From positions 543,050-607,049 of the forward strand of contig JAAOMT010000591.1 of assembly GCA_016748015.1 (NCBI GenBank): a stretch of 64,000 nucleotides of DNA, in the 5' to 3' direction. The translations under genes were made by a program, and so were the position numbers. The stretch's first letter is position 1; each line of letters begins with the position of its first letter. Below are positions 52,353-64,000 of the stretch, piece by piece. Origin of the DNA: Geosiphon pyriformis uo1. Taxonomy: Eukaryota; Fungi; Glomeromycota. The notes beneath the pieces are model-generated. The model was not told the origin of the DNA, did no database searches, and worked only from the letters and a program-made list of their open reading frames with translations.

Positions 52353-53009
52353 ATGAACAATTATTTCCTAGATCAAAACATACAAAATGCTTTCTACACT
52401 TTCCATGAGTACTGGATCAAAAATTATCCAAATGCTACTCTAACCATTGGAAAACAAACCACCATAACTGATAACAGTGGAACACATACTGTTATTAGAC
52501 CAAAAAAAACCACTACCAGAAGAGAAAGAATTGGTAGCAAAATGGATAAGTATTTGCTGGAAAGCATAACAGTAGCAATACTTACACCTTCCATAACTAT
52601 TGGAAAAATGATTAAAGAAATCTTGCCTATTGACAAAAACTTGTCATATAGAAGACAACTAGAATTCTATGGTCATCTTGGTGAAATCATAGAAGAAATG
52701 AAGCTCATAAAGAAAACAACTTCAGAGATACAAGTGGAAATTTTGGGCATTATACATTTAGATGTCCCAAGAGTTTTGACCATTACAAGAAGAGCCAAAA
52801 CTCTTATACAAAGATTTGGTTTCTTGGATACAAAGCTTATTTCGCCTCAAGTACTATACACTCTATCCACAAAAGACTTCAACAAACTAGTTAGTTTTGA
52901 GTTAGACAAAACCCTTCAATTAGAATACCCTATAAATAGCTTGATTTTGCCAGAGCTTAATCTCTTTGGAGAGGATGATGTTATGATTGAAACCCATAAT
53001 TTTTATTAG
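52353..53009 (+). CDS. A3 ORF3, intact 218-aa protein of unknown function overlapping the PPT and the start of the 3' LTR
   Basis: MNNYFLDQ...GEDDVMIETHNFY*; colinear in all three family A copies. Confidence 0.75.
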   Translation: MNNYFLDQNIQNAFYTFHEYWIKNYPNATLTIGKQTTITDNSGTHTVIRPKKTTTRRERIGSKMDKYLLESITVAILTPSITIGKMIKEILPIDKNLSYRRQLEFYGHLGEIIEEMKLIKKTTSEIQVEILGIIHLDVPRVLTITRRAKTLIQRFGFLDTKLISPQVLYTLSTKDFNKLVSFELDKTLQLEYPINSLILPELNLFGEDDVMIETHNFY

Positions 53010-53703
53010 TTATCACATGTATAAGCCACTGATGTCATATAATTAGCCACTCTATTTTCAGATAGTGATCATTGATCTGATCAATGACCTGACCATTGAC
53101 CTGATTATTGACCTGATCAATGACTTGATTGTTGACCTGATCATTGACCTGATCATTGACCTAGTTGTTGACCTGGTTGTTGACCACTTTCATTAGCTAT
53201 ATAAGCAATGAGTTTCTTAGCAGTAGAAAATCATCTCTCAGACAAGAATCAAATAAATAAAAATAACAATTTCATCTCAATCACTCTCTTATTGCTAATT
53301 TCCCTTTCACTACCTTCAAGTATCCGAACATCTTAGGATAAAAGATTACTTGTTGGTCTTTTCCTGATGTATATAATTGTAGTATTTGAAGATTATTTGA
53401 ATAAATGTGACTGAAAAGCACAAGTTGATACCTGATATTGAATTCTAAGAGTGCCGACATGAGGCATAGAATTATACCAGTGGTGATCAATTGTTGACAG
53501 TACGGACTATCCCTCTACCTTCAGATTCCCCAGTTACCTTTGAAAAGAATAGCAACTGAGATATTTTATGAGACTGATCTTGCACATTGAATCCATACTC
53601 ATTCAATTTGCTCATTGAAGTTGAATCCTCTTTGATTATTTCCATCACCCTACAATTCTGTTCTTCCTTGTTATTCATTAGCTTGTTACTCCAACCCATA
53701 ACA
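52979..53703 (+). repeat. 3' LTR of A3 (725 bp, ten 12-bp units)
   Basis: Direct repeat of 45922-46658. Confidence 0.95.
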
Positions 53704-55251
53704 ATACTATTACACTGTATGGAAACATCACCTATTTTGACTATGGGTTTGCCATTATCTTTACCACTATTCCTTGAAGTACTATGTATACTTGAACCAA
53801 CAGTTGGATTTCTCTTGACCCTATTATCAATACCCATTGTTTTTTCCATTCAGTTTGCAATTTGCAACGTTCTCTCCACAATCTATTTCTTGCTTAAGTA
53901 ACTGCCTATTTACACACCTTAATTAATACATTATTGCTAGTCCTTAGGTCGATGTCAGAAAAAGCATTGATCCTTCCAAATTGCTTATTGATTAGTCCTT
54001 TACATAGCAGATCTATGTTAGACATTGACATGATGTATTCATTAGACAGTACAATCTTCTCATCAGTATTATGGGCTTTACGTCTCCCTTTCACAGCCTC
54101 TGAAAGGCACTGTATCTGCTTATTTTTTATATCATCAATCGGTGTCTTGCCCTCTTGGGTATTCAAAGAGCATTCCCAAAAGTGCTGGTTGGTTTTCACT
54201 TCCCTGTGACATGTCTTGCAAAGATTATTCAGGTATACATGGGGACATCTGTTGTATAGCATCTCTGCTGTTGGCAGCATGTTGTGAAATGATTTCATAA
54301 TAAATGTGCGCATTGCTGAAGAACCAGCTGAGGTGAAGCCAGATGACATCTTTCCATCCCAGTTCCAAATCTTGGTTGTACATATCTAGTCTATATCTTG
54401 GTCTAAAGATCCTATTGTCTCTTGGACTTTGTTGTTGCCTATCCAGTCTAAAGCTGATTGAAGCCTAATCTGTTTGTTCAGAAAATGCCTGATGTTTAGA
54501 TCCAATTCAACTTCTCCACAAACAGGAATGTATGCAGTCTCCTTAGCATTGTAGGCCCACCTCACTGTATCAAGAGTAGTAGATCCTTTGGCTAGTTTGT
54601 CAGCCTTCTCATTTTCTAATATACCAGCATGTGCAGCCACTTTGTTCATGTTGAGATCAATCCTCTTTTCCCTTATTATTGCTCTGATTGCATTCCATGT
54701 GCACTAGTTTGAAGTTTTGAGCTGATTTTTAATAGACAGGGGAGAATCTTTGGACAACCATCTTTGAGCCGTTGCCATTACTGCTTAACTATCCATGTTT
54801 ATTGTTAGTTTGCATCTGTAAGGTACTGTTTCCAAAGCTAGCAATACAGCCTTTGCCTCTGCTTTTGTCGATGATAATGTTCCATCAATTGCTATACCAA
54901 ATTTGGTCTCTATCCTATGTGTTATAAAAGCAGCTGCTCTTCTTGCTTCCTCAGAACCAGCTCTTACCAGTGAGCCATCTGTTGATATTTCTATTTCTTT
55001 TCTGAGTCTTAACTTCTCTCATACACACTTCTATTGTGGTAGTAAAGTGTCAGGGATATGGATATAAATAGTGTCTCTTTGCATTGTTTCTAAATCATCT
55101 GGTATTTGGTTAGTCAGTATGTGCAAAAACTTTTTTTCTCTCTTTGACTGCTACCACACAATTTACTACATCTCAAATTTGGAAAAGTAAGTTTTTGCAA
55201 AGAAAACTTTAATTATAATAAACTATTATTACTATCACAACAGACTTAAAA

Positions 55252-58200
55252 GTGACTGATAACAACATCAACAGTGAAGTGACAACAGTCACACAAAGAA
55301 GTACAAGTGTAGAGACTATTGTTAGTGAATACCAAGTGGAAGGGAAAATAACTTCCACTGTTGAAGGAGAAGACATCAATGCTAATCCACAAAGTTCATT
55401 GACTGTGGAAACTGCCAGACTTATTACACCTTCATTTAGATTTGAAACTACTAATAGACCATTTGGAAGTGTGAACACAAGTAGTGGAGACAATACACTC
55501 TTTAGAATAGCCAAAACATCGAAAAGAACAGCTCCACATAGGAGAGCAGCAGATTTTTCTCCGATAACAGCTAACAAATTGGAGGAAAAGGCCAACAAAA
55601 AATACAGACACATCGGAGAATTAAGTATAAAAGGGCTAAGTGAGAAATTCACCCAAATATCTGAAGAAAACTTACCCGAAACCACATCTGTTCAAACTGA
55701 TACCTTTGTCTTGCAGCCAATGTTCAACAAAGGAGGAAATAGCAACAAATTTCAAATGGAAGCTTGGACTGGTGAAAAGAAAGCCTCAAAGTCCCTGAGA
55801 AAAATGGATGGAACATCCAAAGTGCCTAAAGAAGACAGAAACAGAGCTGCACAAATAGAAGCAGCTCTGAGAAAGTGCAATCCTGATATTTTGGACAGGA
55901 TCAACAAAGGAAAGTCTGCATTAGAGAATGAAAAACAAACAGACAATCCATTTGATGCAAACAGAGATAAGCCTAATGCAGAGGATGTCGCAGAAGACAT
56001 AGAAGAATCTGAATCAAGCCTATCAAGCAGAATGGCTAGTCCAAGTCCAGGATAATACAGTAGTAAATCGCTTGGAAAAAAACCCATGTCTGTGGAAGCA
56101 AACCAGGAGGAAGGATGGCGAACAGTGGTCCATGGAACCAAGAGACATGTACTTTTTGTACAAGCGTTGGATATACCTGAGAAAATCATGGGAAAGAAAG
56201 TGGGGTGGATCTATGATCTCTTGGGAAATGTCAGTTACCTCTTGAAAGCTGTAATGGCTAGAAACCAAGAAATCAGAGTGGATTTTTCCCAAATGGCTGG
56301 AAGAGACCAAGCCAGAGAAATTCTGGCAAATAATGAAATTGAATCATTTTTGATGGCTACTGATGGCGTCAACATCCAAATAGCTGGTCAGAAAAAAGTC
56401 CTAGTAAGAGATATCCCCTTGGGCATCTCTGACAGAGAGGTGAGGGCTGCTATGAAAGAATTTGGTGAGGTCAAAAAAATCTTTTTTTTTTTTTTTTTGT
56501 TAATGTGTAGCCATGCCAGTTGTTTATTAGTTATTCCACAGTAATGTGGTGGTTTCATAAAGCCAGCTCACCCAATAATACATATTACAAGATGCGGCTA
56601 ATCACAAACAGAAAGCCCTAACTACACACTAGTACTACCTTTGCTACCTAATGTATTAAACATATCTAATTCATACATCTTACTCATAATGCATACAAGT
56701 TCATGACTACTCTTAACAAGACTGCTCATCCACTTAGCAGTCTGATCTGGATCAGACTTGATATTAGAGGATTGAACCTCCCATAACTCCATCATTGCAT
56801 CAAATGTATCATCATAGACCGAAAAATCTTTAGCATCACCATCATCATCATCATTATCATCATCATCATCCATGTCTTCATCATCAGATATGTTATAGTG
56901 TACCTTCTCACTCCTCAACTTAAGGGCCCCCACTTCCTTTTGCAGCACAGAAGCCACAGCACGAACAGCCTTAATTTGGTTTCCCAATCCAATTACAGTT
57001 TCCTTCATTGCCTCTGCCATAACTGGTGGAGTAGACAATAATGTAGTAACCAATGCAACCAAAGAACCCACAGGCTCCACTATAGATTTGATCAACAAAG
57101 ACAGTTCACTAAGTTGGGTTTCCAGAGAAGCCAATCTAGCATTAACAGCAACATCTGAACCAGAGGAGGCAACTGGCAACCGGCAACAGCAGCACCACAA
57201 CTTTGGGGGAGGTACTGAAAGCCAGACCCATATCAGCAGCCACAGCAACAGGAAGAACCACAGAAGTGGTGGCTTTGGCATAGGATTTAGCTCCAACGAG
57301 AGATGACTTGAAAATGATGGGACCACCAGCAGAATTAGAAAAGAGTTTGGGAGGGAGAAGTGGCAACACCTTGCAGTCCACAGCCAAATGATCTAAACTT
57401 TGACATCTATAGCAGTGATGACATCCAGGAGTTTCCCACCAGATGCGGCAGCCACATAAGATACCAGTTTTTGAAACAGCAGCATTTAAAGATTCCAAGG
57501 AATCAAAGGTCACCACAGCAAAGTGTTGATGTTGATAGGAATCAGGGGAGTGGGGAATGAAACACGTATGGCCACCAACTTGGGAGACCAGATCACTTAT
57601 CTCAAATGCAGTGCAGCCAAATGGAAGATTAACCAGCTTAGCTTTGAAAGCATCTCTTGAGGAGATAATCTCCTTTTGGTTGGCAATGGAAAGAATCCTA
57701 ACACTATCTTTTCTGACCAACACAGACCAGTTAGAGAGAGCAGCAGCAGCAGAAGAAATGTCCTTAAAGTTGACCACAGCATATTGCCATAAGCCAGCAG
57801 GCTTCAACTTAACAGAAGTGACAACACCAAAAATGCCAAGAGCAGATTTGATGTCATCAGAAGAGATACCCAAAGGTATATCATGCAGTGCAACTGACAA
57901 GGAAGGGGAAGAAACAGAGGCCACACCAGAAGACTGTGCAATCTTAAGAGTGGTCAAAAACACTTCATCACTGATGGCCACTTTGGTGGCACCATTTAGA
58001 CACTTTTGAGATGCAAATTCCACACAGAACAACTTAACAGCATCTCGTGAAACTGACTTAAGCCCAATACAACCAGGCAGTAACTGAAACAAGGAACCAA
58101 GCAGGGCCATTTTGATCTTAAACGTAGCACCAGGTACAAGATTGGAGGCCACCCAACCAGAGAATCTTTGACGTCCACTCACATTCACCTAAGCACCAGC

Positions 58201-59956
58201 ATCAGATGCACCAGAAACTGGGGGGGGAACAGTTGATTCCATTTCCATCTGATCAGCCCAATCTTTGAGATCATCTGGATTGATGGACTGTTTTGCTATT
58301 GGAATTGGCAATGATCTGCCAGAGAGTACCACATCAGGCAACACAGCCAGTGGTTGATCTTGGCCCATTTTGGGAGATGTACTGCTGCTGTTGCCATCCA
58401 TATCAGGAATAGGGCTGGCTGCTGCTGTGAAGATCTTACTGAAGATCTCATCTGGAACCACAAAGGGGTTCGGTGTGACCATAGCAGTTGTGACTGCCTG
58501 CTGCTGTTTTTTGGGATTTTTCGCTTTTGTGGCCATTTGTGAAGCAGTAGTAGTAGAAGTAGTAATGGGAGTGGTAAGAGCAGGAAAGACCAATTTGTTG
58601 ACTGGTTTGTTATTAAAAATCTTTGGGCTCTTTGAAGTGGTAGAGACAACACTGGGACTAACTCGAGTGTGTCTTTTTGAAGGAACTTTGACTGGAGAAG
58701 AACTTCCAGCCAAAGGAGAAGAAAATGAACCAGAAGCCGCTAAAGGCAGCTTATTACTATTATTTTTTAAAGGAAATGTAGCCAGAACGTTTTGTCTAGC
58801 TGTTTCAATAACAGAGAGATTCTCTCATGTTGAAACTTTATTAGTTACTATAGGAAAAGTAACGTTTGCAACTTTTTTACTCTTAGCTCTATTTGTGGTC
58901 ATGAAATTTAGGAGAGAAAGAGTTTTTTAGGTCAAAAAAATCCAAATCAGAGTGGCTGGCAAATGGCAATCAGCAGTGGTTGAGTATAGCAACCAAGAAG
59001 AAGCAACAAGAGCTGTAGATCAATGGTCGACCATGGTCAGAACCCAAAAGATTATTGAGCAGAGAAAAACTTGGGAAGCTAAATTAGTGGGCCTACCACA
59101 GAACTATACTGCTCATTATTTGAGCACCACTTTGGATCAAATCAGTGTCCAATCCTGCTTCATTCCAAGAACTAGTAAAAATTACACAAGGATGAGCTGT
59201 GCTTATGTTGGATTTGACAGTGAAGCTAGCCGCAACAATGCCACAAAAAAACCCTTGGTAATTGGTGACACACTGGTCCACTGGGTGCCTACTGATGCTA
59301 AAGAGTGCCACTTCTGTTACCAGGTAGGACATTTGGTCTCAAAATGTCCAACTCTGCATAAGAAGAAAGAAAGAGGTACCAAGAAAGTTACCAACAATAT
59401 CAGGTTGGCAAAACTGTATGTTAAGAGGAATGTTCCAGAGGAAAACATCAAAACCTTTGGTGGAAGATCATATGTTGATATGGCTGCACTCAGACTGCCC
59501 CATAACTGGAACAACAACAATCCAAACAATACTCAGAAACCTAGTCCACAAGTGAACAATAGGGAAGAACAATCAAAAAAAGGAGGGAACCAACCATGGA
59601 AGAGTGAAATTGATGAACTAAGACAGCAGGTTAATGAAATGGTGAAACTGCTGAATGCAGTTGCTGCCAAACTTGGAGTGACATTAGAAAAAAGTGAAAA
59701 TGTAATAGTTATTCAACAGCCAAATGACACCTCAGAAGAAAAAGAAGTGGTAGAAATGGGGTTACCAAGCCAAAGTACTATATTGAAATCTACTCCAGCA
59801 GAAAAAAAAGAGGCATACAACCCAGAATTGGAAATCAAAAAAATCAAAAAAACTTTGGAACTCATTCTGGAGTTACTGAAGCAAGTGAAAAAACAGAGTA
59901 GCTGGAGCAGTTCTACTGCTGAAGAATCTAAATCTATGGAAACAGATGATGTGTAG
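55252..59956 (+). pseudogene. LINE ORF1 (two RRM-like domains, CCHC knuckle, coiled coil), split by an insertion at 56482-58928
   Basis: VLVRDIPLGISDREVRAAMKEFGEVKKI/QIRVAGKWQSAVVEY rejoins across the TSD; AKLVGLP...SCFIP; CHFCYQVGHLVSKC. Confidence 0.85.
56482..58928 (-). mobile_element. ORF1-only non-autonomous non-LTR retrotransposon (HAL1-like architecture)
   Basis: 14-bp TSD AGGTCAAAAAAATC at 56468-56481 and 58929-58942; polyA tail. Single ORF from ATG 58902 to stop 56622 (premature stops, one frameshift ~57180) with RRM-like domains and CYRCQSLDHLAVDC. No EN/RT. 3' UTR homologous to the LINE tail at 45698-45840. Confidence 0.9.
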
Positions 59957-62900
59957 CACACCTAATTCCAACATAGAACAGAACTACTCCAATAACAACA
60001 CTTGGAAAATTGGTACTGTTAATGTTAGGAGACTTAATAATCCTGGTAAAGCTGAAGAGGTGCTACAGTGGATTATTGAGGAACAATTTGATTTTGTGAT
60101 TGTTACAGAAACTAAAATGACTCCAACAAAAGAAAAGGGTGTATTTTTTGGTTCTGATGAATATCATGCCTTTTGGAAATCAAGTACAGAGAAACAAATG
60201 GGAACTGGTGTTGGAATACTGGTCAAAAAATGTTGGATACACCATGTAAAAACAATCAAGAGGTTTCATGGGAGATTGTTGCATTTGGGGTTGAAATTTA
60301 GAGGAAGAATCAATGTGCACATAGTAGGACTGTACACGCCTGCTTCCAAATCACCTACTGAGAGAGCAGTAGCTAAAGAAATTAGGAAACTTTTGGGAGA
60401 CATTGTACAAAACAAAGAGATTATCATAGTAGCAGGTGATTTGAATGAAGATCTGTCATCCAAGTCACTTGAGGAAACATATGCTACAAATAAGGCCAAA
60501 GCTTGTCCAACTGCTGCAACATTACAACATATGAATTTAGTGGATACACATGGGACATATGCAACAAACAATCCAGAAAAGACATGGGCATCAAATGGTG
60601 TACAAAGAAGATTGGACTATGTGTTTACTGATGCAGTTACAGCCTCACTGGTCACAAACATTGGGGTAATTGATGTTAACAAATCCTTTAGCACTGATCA
60701 CAAAGCTGTGGTGACAATCATCTGATCTGACAGAATTTGGCAGGCACTAAAAATCTAGATCTGAAAGAAAGAAGGGTAGCACAACTATGATTGATGTTAA
60801 AAAGGCATCTGGAGTCCAATGGAAAATCTATGCTAGAGAAACTGATCGACTAACAGATGAAGCACAAAGAAAATCAATAGATAACAACAACAATGATCTA
60901 AACCAGATGTGGCTTACAATCAAGGAAACTGTGTTACAAGCTGCTGAGTGCTTACCAAAAAGGAAAGTGGGAGCCCGATCTGTACACACAAAGAAAGAAT
61001 GCATAGATCACAAGCTTGTTAAGATTGTTGCTGATATAATCAAACTAATAAGAGTAAACAATGCAGATATGCACGATAACAATGTTATGCAGTTGTTGGC
61101 CAAATGGAAACAGTTGAAACCTGAGGCAGTTAATGCATATCTGATAACTCTCCCAAAGGATAAGCTAATTGTGGAACTCAATATTAAGAAAGAATACAGA
61201 TCAATGCTGCGAGCTAGGATCAGGCTACAACAGCAGAGACAGATAGTGGATAATATCATTAGTAGACAACAAAACTTTGATCTAAACAAAGGAGCTATGA
61301 TCAAAAGCATCATGAACAGAAAAAGACAAAGAATTGTACTAGACCATGTAATTGAAAAAGGCGAATTTCATGATGATCCTGATGAAATTAAAAAGCTAGT
61401 AAACAAAAAAGCCCAAGGATGGACCAGAACAAGAAGCATTGAGCCTGACCTATAAAAAAGTTGAGAACACAGATTTGAACTGATCGAAAGCATTCTAGAC
61501 CATGCCTTTGATGGTGTAATGAATGAATTAACAAATGAGGAATTTAAACACATATTGAGCAACACACCCCATAACAAAGCTCCTGGCCCATCAGGCATTC
61601 AAGCTGAACTCTGGAGGAAGGCTGGGCCTAATACCAAGTCTAAACTGAAAATGTTGCTCAATGCTTGCATTAAAGCAGCAAACATGCCTAAGGAGTGGAG
61701 AGTAGCACAAGTTATACTGATTCCAAAACCAAAAGAATGGGGTGGCAATATTGACATTACCAGGCCGATCACACTCATTGAAAGCACCAGAAAAATCTTA
61801 ACAAAGATTCTAACTGTGAGAATATCAAAAGCATGTGAACTCCACAATGTCCTAAAAGGTTACAATATCTCAGTATTAAAGAATACCTCCACAGCAGTGC
61901 CTATTCATGTGATTAATGCTGTAGCTGAACATGCAAGAGAATTTGATAAGGAGGCTTGGTTTACATTTCAAGACATGAAAAAGGCATATGATTCAGTGGG
62001 ATGGAAACCCATGGAAGCTGCACTAAAGAGAATTAAGATGAACAATAGGTTTACTGAGCTGTTTGGCTTGATGCACAACAATAGAAGTAACAAGATAATA
62101 ACTGAATTTGGGTTAAGTGATGAATATCAAGTACAGGATGGACTGGATCAGGGGGAAACAAGCTCACCCATTATGTGGAGAATTTTCTATGACCCCTTAC
62201 TGTGTGAAGTAAAACAAGCCAATTATAGTCAGGGATACAAACTGACAGCAGCATGGAAAAAGTGGGATAATCAAGCGGATACACAATCTCTGTTGGTGTC
62301 AGTGAATCACCTTGCCTTCATCAATGACACAGTGTGGATAGCTAACTCAAGACAAGAAATCCAAAGTATTTTGGACACAGCCAGCTTCTTTTTTAGAATG
62401 GTAGATATTGAGATCAACTTAGGAAAGACTGAGACAATGGTGATCAGACCCTCCAAAAGGAGATCTTTGATGGTGGAGCCACTAAAATTTGGTCCAGACC
62501 AACAAATTTTGAAATTGTTGGATCCATCTACGTGTACCTGATATTTGAGAGTGTGGATCAGAGCAGATGGTAAAAATGAGACTGTTCTAAAAATGATAGG
62601 ATCTGACATTGAAGCAGTGTGTGCAGTCATCAGGAAAAAACACGTAACTGAGAAACAGGCCATCTAAATTTTTAACAGTATACTCAGTCCAGCTATTGAA
62701 TTCAGATCTCAGTTGACTCATATTCCTAATAGCTGGGCTAGAAAATGGACTTCAAAGATTTTGGCCACTGTGAAGAAAAAAGCAAAACTCTCAGTAGACT
62801 TTCCAGCCAGTGCCATGCATCACTCATCCTTGTATAACCTGTTCAAAATTGATGATATACAAGTAAAAAGCAAGATCACAGATTTGTTAATTAGATTGAA

Positions 62901-64000
62901 CAGTGCTAATATTGCTAGAACGGCTACAAAAATCAGACTAGTGAACTTGCAGACACAGAGATGGTCAGCTCATAGTATACTTGAATATCCCACCAATGAA
63001 CAATCCAAGCCAGGGGTTAATCTTATAGCAAACATTATACAGATGATGGAAAAAAGAGACATCTCATTCAAGAGCAATGGTAACACACATGGGATACCTG
63101 AATCTTCAAGACCACAGACGTATTTAATTGAGTCTATCTTACCTTCAAATGAAACCTACATTAAAGTTAGAAGCTTACTGAGAAAGGAAAACTTGTTGTA
63201 CTTGCATCAGATACAGAACAATGATGAGTCATTGATGACATAGAGGGACTTCACAAGGAAGTACAGACAAAGCGATAGTGGTAGAATTCCCAGATGGTTT
63301 AAGATTTTAGAATCTACAATCATTATGGATGAGTACAGAAACATTGATGTAGCACAATATGAAACATTGGGTATGCACATACTGACTAACCAAATACCAG
63401 ATAATTTAGAAACAATGCAAAGAGACACTATTTATATCCATATCCCTGATACTTTACTATCACAATAGAAGTGTGTATGAGAGAAGTTAAAACTCAGGAA
63501 AGAGATAGAAATATCAACAGATGGCTCACTGGTAAAAGCTGGTTCTGAGGAAGCAAGAGGAGCAGCTGCTTTCATAACACATGAGATAGAGGCTGAATTT
63601 GGTATAGCAATTGATAGAACATTGTCATCAACAAAAGCAGAGGCGAAGGCTGTATTGCTAGCTTTGGAAGCAGTGCCTTACAGATGTAAACTAACAATAA
63701 ACATGGATAGTCAAGTGGTAATGGCAACAGCTCAAAGATGGTTGTCCAAAGATTCTCTTCTGTCTATCAGATATCAGCTCAAAACCTCAAACTGGCACAC
63801 ATGGAATGCAATCAGAGTGATAATAAGGGAAAAAAGGATTGACCTCAGCATGAACAAAGTAGCTGTACATGCTGGTACATTAGAAAATGAGAAGGCTAAC
63901 AAACTAGCCAAAGGATCTACTGCTTTTGATACAATGAGGTGGGCCTACAATGCTAAGGAGGCTGCATACGTTCCCATTTGTGAAGCAGTGGAATTGGATC
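59946..64000 (+). pseudogene. LINE ORF2: apurinic-type endonuclease, reverse transcriptase, RNase H; disrupted and truncated by the window end
   Basis: IGTVNVR, VTETK, AGDLN, RLDY, STDH (APE); KAPGPSG, RPITL, DMKKAYDSV, GLDQGE, AFIND (decayed F.DD) (RT); ISTDGS, KAEAKA (RNase H). Confidence 0.93.

Larger units (their letters stand above)
45922..53703 (+). mobile_element. Ty3/Gypsy family A copy 3 (A3; best preserved)
   Basis: LTRs 45922-46658 and 52979-53703. TSD ATAC at 45918-45921 and 53704-53707. PBS 46665-46680; PPT GGAGAGGATGA before 52979. Confidence 0.96.
45698..55125 (-). mobile_element. 3' portion of a LINE (RNase H, zf-RVT, 3' UTR, polyA), interrupted by Gypsy A3; LINE sequence is 45698-45921 plus 53704-55125
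   Basis: polyT 45698-45706; ORF2 stop at 45836; ISTDGS, SSTKAE.KA and KVAAHAGILENEKAD RNase H; LPTAEML...CKTC...QHFWEC zf-RVT. 54499-55125 is the inverted homolog of 63374-64000. Confidence 0.9.
55126..64000 (+). mobile_element. LINE (ORF1 + APE-RT-RNase H ORF2), apparently 5'-complete, running off the window; ORF1 interrupted by the ORF1-only element
   Basis: ORF1 ~55252-56481 plus 58943-59956; ORF2 from 59946. Confidence 0.93.

Noticed and set aside
52353-53009. ORF3 as a retroviral env
   Set aside because: Too short, with no signal peptide, fusion peptide or TM anchor visible.
58370-58930. Long antisense ORFs opposite TE genes (also 55209, 57557, 20791, 43802)
   Set aside because: Shadow frames of the real opposite-strand ORFs, with no motifs.

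Overview
Eukaryotic, intron-containing fungal DNA; gene style and transposon families suggest Glomeromycotina/Mucoromycota (Geosiphon-like; inference, not verified). Bases 1-17,000 carry five spliced housekeeping genes: AKR1-type palmitoyltransferase, class II DAHP synthase, MPE1/RBBP6, a PIF1 helicase fused to an RNase H1-type hybrid-binding domain, and TFIIE-beta. From ~17,300 to the end is one nested retrotransposon cluster, CpG-depleted and rich in C>T/G>A transitions. It holds three full-length Ty3/Gypsy 'family A' elements (19294-27087 +, 27734-45622 -, 45922-53703 +) and one dUTPase-encoding 'family B' element (28685-38823 +) nested in the second; all four have 4-bp TSDs. It also holds two copies of an APE-RT-RNase H LINE, and an ORF1-only polyA element (56482-58928 -, 14-bp TSD) that shares its 3' tail with the LINE and has a heavily decayed relic at ~17960-27715. 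Most unusual observations: (1) both Gypsy families end pol after RNase H and encode integrase as a separate ORF, followed by an extra ORF3 in the env position; (2) the ORF1-only non-autonomous LINE partner; (3) the HBD-Pif1 fusion; (4) a conserved TTTAAAC -1 frameshift signal; (5) RIP-like hypermutation in a lineage where RIP is not established. Coordinates were read by hand and exon boundaries are approximate.
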